Positions 62,460 to 64,000 of a DNA stretch of 64,000 nucleotides are shown in pieces. Each line of letters begins with the position of its first letter. Positions within the stretch are counted from its first letter, which is position 1. Position numbers and translations under genes: made by a program. The stretch is from Desulfomonilia bacterium (GTDB lineage Bacteria > Desulfobacterota > Desulfomonilia > UBA1062): assembly GCA_050014195.1 (NCBI GenBank), contig JBEKDT010000008.1, positions 1-64,000 of the forward strand, given 5' to 3'. Below the pieces are notes generated by a model. That model did no database searches, had not been told where the DNA came from, and worked only from the letters and a program-made list of their open reading frames with translations.

Positions 62460-62954
62460 TCACTTCAATGTTGGAAACTTGAAGATCATGGGTTTGCATG
62501 CACCTCTCGTGATAACTTTCAGAACACAATCAAGTTTCTTCCCCGGGTTAATGTCATTTCTCTGAATAAACATAAGATCAGGATAAGATGAATTCGGGAG
62601 AAGCAGGACAAAATCTCTAGACTCCACGGGAACAGAGGTCTCTTGAATTTTCTTCTCCGGGTAAAAGTGATATGTTACCTTAAATATTTCAACAGGTTGT
62701 TTATTACTTGCAGAAGCACTATCGCGCTCTATCTTCTCAATAGATACTATCTCGGCCTTGCCTTTGTAGTCTTTGTACTCACAAGGGCCACCGTCCTTCG
62801 GTAACGAATTCACATCAGAGGAATGTAATTGACAGCTCATTCCAAAGGTCAGCATGAAAACAAGCCACAGAGTTAACAACTGCTTATAGGGAAAAGTACT
62901 ACAACAATAATATGCTGTTGTTGTGGACCTCATAGAACAATATGTCGGCAACAT
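62460..62954 (-). CDS. Hypothetical protein, probable lipoprotein
   Basis: Hydrophobic stretch ending FGMS-C; GGPCEY..GACKP Cys pair; start uncertain. Confidence 0.6.
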   Translation of the reverse strand: MLPTYCSMRSTTTAYYCCSTFPYKQLLTLWLVFMLTFGMSCQLHSSDVNSLPKDGGPCEYKDYKGKAEIVSIEKIERDSASASNKQPVEIFKVTYHFYPEKKIQETSVPVESRDFVLLLPNSSYPDLMFIQRNDINPGKKLDCVLKVITRGACKPMIFKFPTLK

Positions 62955-62992
62955 ACGGATTCATTATAACATATACATTAGATCAAATCTTT

Positions 62993-63826
62993 TTACCATT
63001 CCATTATGAGCTGTAATCCATAGTAATCAGGAGCAATCAAAGGCACAACACTCAATTTATGGTCTTCTTGATCTCTTTCTTTGATACTCTGTGTTGCCTC
63101 CCATGCCATGTACCAGCCCAATGCCGCTTGAGAAGGGTAGTGTTGATTATCATTTATCCGGGATAAGCCGGCTAAGGTGGATGCCACATAAAGCGGATAT
63201 TTTATATACCACTCTTCATCATACATACCGGCTAGGGTCAAGAAAGGGATAGCGCCGATAAATGCATGACCGCTGACCCCATGGGTGCTCTTAAACGGCT
63301 TCCATGAAGAACTATCGCCCGGTTGTGACGGCCTGGCGGCACCAGTGACATACTGCATCAAAAGAACTGCAGGGCCTCCAACAGCAATGGAGCGTAAACT
63401 ACGTTCACCAAAGGTACCCATAGCCGATGAAGTCTGACCCTCTGGAAGAATTGTAACTACAGCTGCGGAAGCAAAGGACAAAGGAATAATGTACCACCCA
63501 TTACCAAAATTCTTGGAGATAGTTGATATTTTATCTGTCGTAGAGTTGCGTACATGATGCTGATACCAATCTTGTATATCGTCGTCACGGTCTGCACCTG
63601 CAAATGTGGCTGCTATGCCATAGGCAAGACATAGTCTCACGAAACGGTATTGGGAATAAAATTGTTTATAATCAAGCTCTAGGGTGTTGAATGTTTTGCC
63701 TGTATCGAAGATCCAATCCGCATCTCCATCTCCTGCATGGAGTAGGCTGGTATAAAGAGTTAGTGTTGTGATAACAAGGATTGTTACAATGAAGGACTTC
63801 TTTAAAGCTTTTTTGTAGTTGTTCGT
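62993..63826 (-). CDS. PAP2-family phosphatase with signal peptide (apparent ACG start)
   Basis: GAARP, GVSGHAF, SRINDNQHYPSQ motifs; frame open upstream of 63640 to an RBS-ACG at 63826. Confidence 0.8.
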   Translation of the reverse strand, partial: TNNYKKALKKSFIVTILVITTLTLYTSLLHAGDGDADWIFDTGKTFNTLELDYKQFYSQYRFVRLCLAYGIAATFAGADRDDDIQDWYQHHVRNSTTDKISTISKNFGNGWYIIPLSFASAAVVTILPEGQTSSAMGTFGERSLRSIAVGGPAVLLMQYVTGAARPSQPGDSSSWKPFKSTHGVSGHAFIGAIPFLTLAGMYDEEWYIKYPLYVASTLAGLSRINDNQHYPSQAALGWYMAWEATQSIKERDQEDHKLSVVPLIAPDYYGLQLIMEW

Positions 63827-64000
63827 AGTTGACTCCTTACCTTGCTTTTCTCGTGGTTGAAGTCCTATCGGTGATTAACATTACAGTCTATTGATTGTCA
63901 ATAAGAGGCAAGTATGATCGATGAATCATTATTATGTTAATTAATTAAATTAATTGATCACGATCATTGCCTTTAAATCATGATTAATAAAAATAATATA

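Noticed and set aside
63954-63967. FNR/CRP-like box TTGAT-N4-ATCAT
   Set aside because: One mismatch in very AT-rich DNA at the window edge; could be chance.

Overview
64 kb of a bacterial chromosome, most likely an anaerobic deltaproteobacterium (Desulfobacterota-like). This is inferred from the split ATP synthase operon atpF'-F-H-A-G-D-C without a/c subunits, selB, the FYDLN and DUF4911 genes, and sigma-54 promoters. Core genes (FKBP, lipid catabolism, FGGY kinase, selB, bamD, cvpA, atp) alternate with accessory DNA. Two tRNA-integrated islands have visible att repeats. One is a decayed ~5.1 kb island at tRNA-Leu(CAA) carrying an xis/int fusion remnant, a deleted IS1182, a PagL-like gene and a Fic gene. 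The other is an apparently intact ~7.3 kb capsid-less phage-satellite-like element at tRNA-Arg(ACG) with integrase, arm sites, an int-alpA-like RNA, xis, rep with iterons, and XRE+ImmA/IrrE. The mosaic region to its right holds a sigma-54-driven operon of tiny AtpZ/AtpI-like membrane proteins, a chemotaxis cluster that has lost cheB, and a surface papain-like protease. It also holds the most striking feature: a Cyc2-like cytochrome-porin and monoheme cytochrome c facing a tetraheme/Fe-S/NrfD quinone oxidoreductase, a possible complete extracellular electron transfer chain. All calls come from reading the sequence by eye; no database searches were run.
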